A stretch of DNA of 64,000 nucleotides from Candidatus Obscuribacteraceae bacterium (GTDB taxonomy: Bacteria > Cyanobacteriota > Vampirovibrionia > Obscuribacterales > Obscuribacteraceae): assembly GCA_044226015.1 (NCBI GenBank), contig JBGAHS010000004.1, positions 480,001 to 544,000 of the forward strand, given 5' to 3'. The position numbers and the translations under genes were made by a program. Under the pieces are notes generated by a model, which saw only the letters and a list, made by a program, of their open reading frames with translations, was not told where the DNA came from and searched no databases. Within the stretch, counting starts at the first letter, position 1. Every line of letters begins with the position of its first letter. Below are positions 61,258 to 64,000 of this stretch, one piece after another.

Positions 61258-62674
61258 CCTGGTAGTCAAAAATCAATGCAATAGTCCATTAAGAACTACT
61301 CTTGATTCATTCTTGAGTTTTACTTTTCCGCTTTGGGCGGTGGTTTCACCGATAGTCATTCTTATAAATTCATTGGCGTCATTAACCTTTATTTTGTCTT
61401 TGGATGCCAGTAAGTTTTCTGAGTCGATCGGCTTTGCCGCTGCGTTTTTTTTCTACAGCCTGGTTTCGCTTGCTGGGAAACGCTTAATCAGGTCCGATGC
61501 TCTGATTATCGATAAGCAAGGCATTAAGCTACCATTGTTTATTGGTAACAGAATAAACTTCAACAGGAAAATTCTCTGGGAACAGATTGCTAAAGTAGCA
61601 GCAACAAAGAATGATGATTTGAATAAGTCAAAGTTGTTGATACAAAGAAAAAAAGGCGGAGTAGTCGCCCTTCCTGTGTCTGCTCTGACGACTGAGCTGA
61701 GCGAGCAGATGATTTTAGCTACTCAAATGTGGGCTCCTGATGCTAAGGATGAGAGTCTTGATTCGTTGCAGAACAATTTGAGGATAGGTGCCAACAAGAG
61801 TTCTTCGGCCAGTTTTACAGAGCTATGGGAAGCAGAGCTCGGGCACAGATTTTGTCCCACATCCTATATTCCTTTGGAAATTGGGTGTGGCGTTCGAAAC
61901 GGTTCGCTAAAAGTCGTGAGTCATCTTTCTTCGGGTGGCTTATCAGCTCTCTATTTGTGCCAACTGGATGGCTCAAAGCTGGTAGTTCTAAAGGAAGCGG
62001 TCATACCGGAAGAGTCCACTGAGCATGTCCGTGAGAAAGCTAAGCAAATGTTTGATCGTGAAGCTGCTTTGCTGATGAAGCTTGATCATCCCGGAATTGT
62101 TCATGTGCTTGATAGTTTCTCGGAGGGCGGACGCAATTATCTCTTGCTCGATTTTGTAAATGGGATGGATTTGCGTCAAATGGTGGCACAAAACGGTCCG
62201 CAAAAGGAAGTGGATGTGCTTGAATGGGCGGTGCAAATTGCTGTGGCTCTGAAATATCTGCATGAAAAAGAGCAACCCATAATGCATCGAGATCTAACTC
62301 CAGACAATATTGTCTTGCGAAACGATGGCAAGGTAATTATTGTTGATTTTGGTGCTGCCAATGAGCTGATAGGTACGGCTACAGGGACATTTGTGGGTAA
62401 GCATGCCTTTATTGCACCTGAGCAATTGCGCGGCAAAGCCACCACGTTAAGTGATATCTATTCATTTGGTTGTACTTTATATTTCCTACTAACTGGGCAT
62501 GAGCCCGAAGCCTTGCTTCCTTCAAATCCAAAGACACAGGTGCCAGATGTTTCGTCTGAATTAGCGGAGATTGTGGAGTCATGTACTCAGTTAGAGGGTA
62601 GTGACCGCTACCAATCTTTTGCGCAGTTGATTCCTGTGTTGCGTCGTCTATCTGCGCAGTCCATGGTGTCGTAG
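61250..62674 (+). CDS. Membrane-anchored Hanks-type Ser/Thr protein kinase, paralog of the upstream gene
   Basis: LSSGGLSALY, VVLKE, HRDLTPDN, VDFG, GKHAFIAPEQ, SDIYSFG. 8-nt overlap with the upstream gene. Confidence 0.9.
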   Translation: MADLVVKNQCNSPLRTTLDSFLSFTFPLWAVVSPIVILINSLASLTFILSLDASKFSESIGFAAAFFFYSLVSLAGKRLIRSDALIIDKQGIKLPLFIGNRINFNRKILWEQIAKVAATKNDDLNKSKLLIQRKKGGVVALPVSALTTELSEQMILATQMWAPDAKDESLDSLQNNLRIGANKSSSASFTELWEAELGHRFCPTSYIPLEIGCGVRNGSLKVVSHLSSGGLSALYLCQLDGSKLVVLKEAVIPEESTEHVREKAKQMFDREAALLMKLDHPGIVHVLDSFSEGGRNYLLLDFVNGMDLRQMVAQNGPQKEVDVLEWAVQIAVALKYLHEKEQPIMHRDLTPDNIVLRNDGKVIIVDFGAANELIGTATGTFVGKHAFIAPEQLRGKATTLSDIYSFGCTLYFLLTGHEPEALLPSNPKTQVPDVSSELAEIVESCTQLEGSDRYQSFAQLIPVLRRLSAQSMVS

Positions 62675-63066
62675 TGTCAGCTGTTCTTTCTGTCGTCGCT
62701 GTTGTCATCGAACGTGACAACAAACGTCTGGTCTGTCAACGACCGGCACATAAGAGGCATGGTTTGTTATGGGAATTTCCTGGAGGTAAGCTTGAGCCAG
62801 GCGAAACTCTATTTGAGGCTGCACAGAGGGAACTCTTTGAGGAGTTGTCACTGCGTGTCACCGGATCTGGTGCCTTGCTTTTTGCAATTACGGATGAAGC
62901 ATCGGGTTTTCAGATCAATTTTCTAGAAGTGAATGCCAGTGGAGAACCTACTTTGAATGAGCACTTTGCGATGAAGTGGTGTACATTGCAGGAGCTTGGC
63001 GAGCTTGACCTTGCGCCCAGTGATCGAAGTTTTGTTGAATTTCTAGGGATGCAGAAGAGAGGCTGA
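62674..63066 (+). CDS. Nudix hydrolase, MutT/NudG-like
   Basis: WEFPGGKLEPGETLFEAAQRELFEEL Nudix box; GTG start overlaps the upstream TAG. Confidence 0.88.
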   Translation: MSAVLSVVAVVIERDNKRLVCQRPAHKRHGLLWEFPGGKLEPGETLFEAAQRELFEELSLRVTGSGALLFAITDEASGFQINFLEVNASGEPTLNEHFAMKWCTLQELGELDLAPSDRSFVEFLGMQKRG

Positions 63067-63117
63067 CGGCGTTGCTGGTATTTCGAGGTTTGTTGAATCT
63101 CGCTGACGGCGTTGCTG
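63062..63117 (+). repeat. 16-bp direct repeat pair
   Basis: GCTGACGGCGTTGCTG at 63062-63077 and 63102-63117. Confidence 0.85.
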
Positions 63118-63152
63118 ACCTATACTAAACACGAAAAATATTGCAGAATATA

Positions 63153-63181
63153 TTGACACGCATATCTATGTATGGTACTCT
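63153..63181 (+). promoter_or_regulatory. Strong sigma70-type promoter
   Basis: TTGACA-17 nt-TACTCT with extended -10 TG and an AT-rich upstream element. Confidence 0.75.
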
Positions 63182-63187
63182 GTTTAT

Positions 63188-63378
63188 GTGATTACTTCAG
63201 ACGAGCTCAAACCTGGAGCGATCATTTCTGCGGATCATGCCAATAGTGCGGGTCTGAGAGCGAGGGCCGATATGGGCTGCCTTGTGCAGTTTGTATCGGG
63301 GATGGCGGCCCCCCCTCGTTTCACTCAGGTCCGCTAGAAGTGCTGTTTCAAATCCGGCCGGATTAGAGTAGCGATTAG
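63188..63378 (+). ncRNA. Candidate structured ncRNA (~190 nt, 6S-like in size)
   Basis: Nested long-range stems with many G-U pairs on the + strand, directly downstream of the promoter (see findings). Confidence 0.55.
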
Positions 63379-63395
63379 TTAGGACACCCATACGT

Positions 63396-64000
63396 TCAAC
63401 TCTTGGATTTTTCAATAATCGCTTTGCTTCGCTCATCACCTATTGAACTCAGGATCTGTTGCATCAGTTTTCGCGCTCTCTTTCGTTCTTCAGGATTACT
63501 ATTGCGAAGCTTATCTTCGTGAATCCACTTCTCACGTGCATCGTGCATCGCTTTAGCCAGAGCTAAATCAAACTCGACTTCATTTATTATTCCAGTAGAG
63601 TGCGCAAAATGTATCCAGTTAATTCTTCGGTCTGGAGGCTGCGCCACCGTAAGTGAGTAAATTTGCTGGCGTGTGTTGTTGTATTCCACCTGATTGAAAG
63701 TTCGGTTTTCTTTTTGATGTTCCCAGCGTTGTGATGCGGCGTGCAGTTGTTCTTTCATCAGAAGATCAAGCTCATCGTCATCGATATGATGAGGATCGTT
63801 TGCTGGTAAACGGTGTTTCAAACGCAAGAGCTCAAACTCTCGTCTGCTACCTGCTGGTTTTGCCGCTTCCAAGGTCACTCTTGCTTTCAGCAGAGCCATT
63901 TGTCCTGTCTTGAAAGTTTTCGGTTTTGCGGCTGTTTTTGCCGACTCTTCGCCTTCGCCAAAATCGGCAATGAGTGGCTTTGCAAATTCCTTTGTCAGCC
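63396..64000 (-). CDS. Hypothetical helical protein, 5' end probably outside window
   Basis: The frame of track ORF 63396..63899 stays open to the window edge (LTKEFAKPLIADFGEGEESAKTAAKPKTFKTGQM...). Confidence 0.7.
   Translation of the reverse strand, partial: LTKEFAKPLIADFGEGEESAKTAAKPKTFKTGQMALLKARVTLEAAKPAGSRREFELLRLKHRLPANDPHHIDDDELDLLMKEQLHAASQRWEHQKENRTFNQVEYNNTRQQIYSLTVAQPPDRRINWIHFAHSTGIINEVEFDLALAKAMHDAREKWIHEDKLRNSNPEERKRARKLMQQILSSIGDERSKAIIEKSKS

Noticed and set aside
63322..63346. TCAGGTCCG...GAAG resembling SRP RNA domain IV
   Set aside because: Lacks the GGAA tetraloop and AGCAG motif; the segment pairs elsewhere in the candidate RNA.

Overview
Bacterial chromosomal window, most likely from a non-photosynthetic Cyanobacteriota lineage (Vampirovibrionia/Melainabacteria, Obscuribacterales-like). 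This assignment is inferred from the cyanobacterial-type ClpX, HU and trigger factor sequences next to a full LonA. Housekeeping genes: nadD, alr, HU, tRNA-Gly(GCC), tig-clpP-clpX-lon, dxr-upp. Accessory content: (1) a giant minus-strand exoprotein gene (at least 4566 codons, missing from the ORF track because it runs off the left edge) and a paralogous ~3655-aa exoprotein. They share an unusual N-terminal module; the second has ~47 beta-strand/polyglycine repeats and ends in a FecR-like C-terminal domain also found in a nearby small secreted protein. (2) A three-gene operon after lon whose products each carry a ~445-465-aa hendecad (11-residue) coiled coil, two of them with Pro/Ala-rich disordered regions bearing NPF and FGDF/FGEF motifs; this is the best candidate for an undescribed system. 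(3) An aminotransferase / aldehyde dehydrogenase / glutaryl-CoA-dehydrogenase-like operon. (4) A LysM-like/MshEN gene split by an in-frame TAA. (5) A GH144-like glucanase. (6) A WG-repeat + two atypical Ser/Thr kinases + Nudix operon. (7) A strong sigma70 promoter driving a G-U-rich, highly structured ~190-nt candidate ncRNA. No CRISPR array, transposase or integrase was seen. All calls were made by eye with no database searches.
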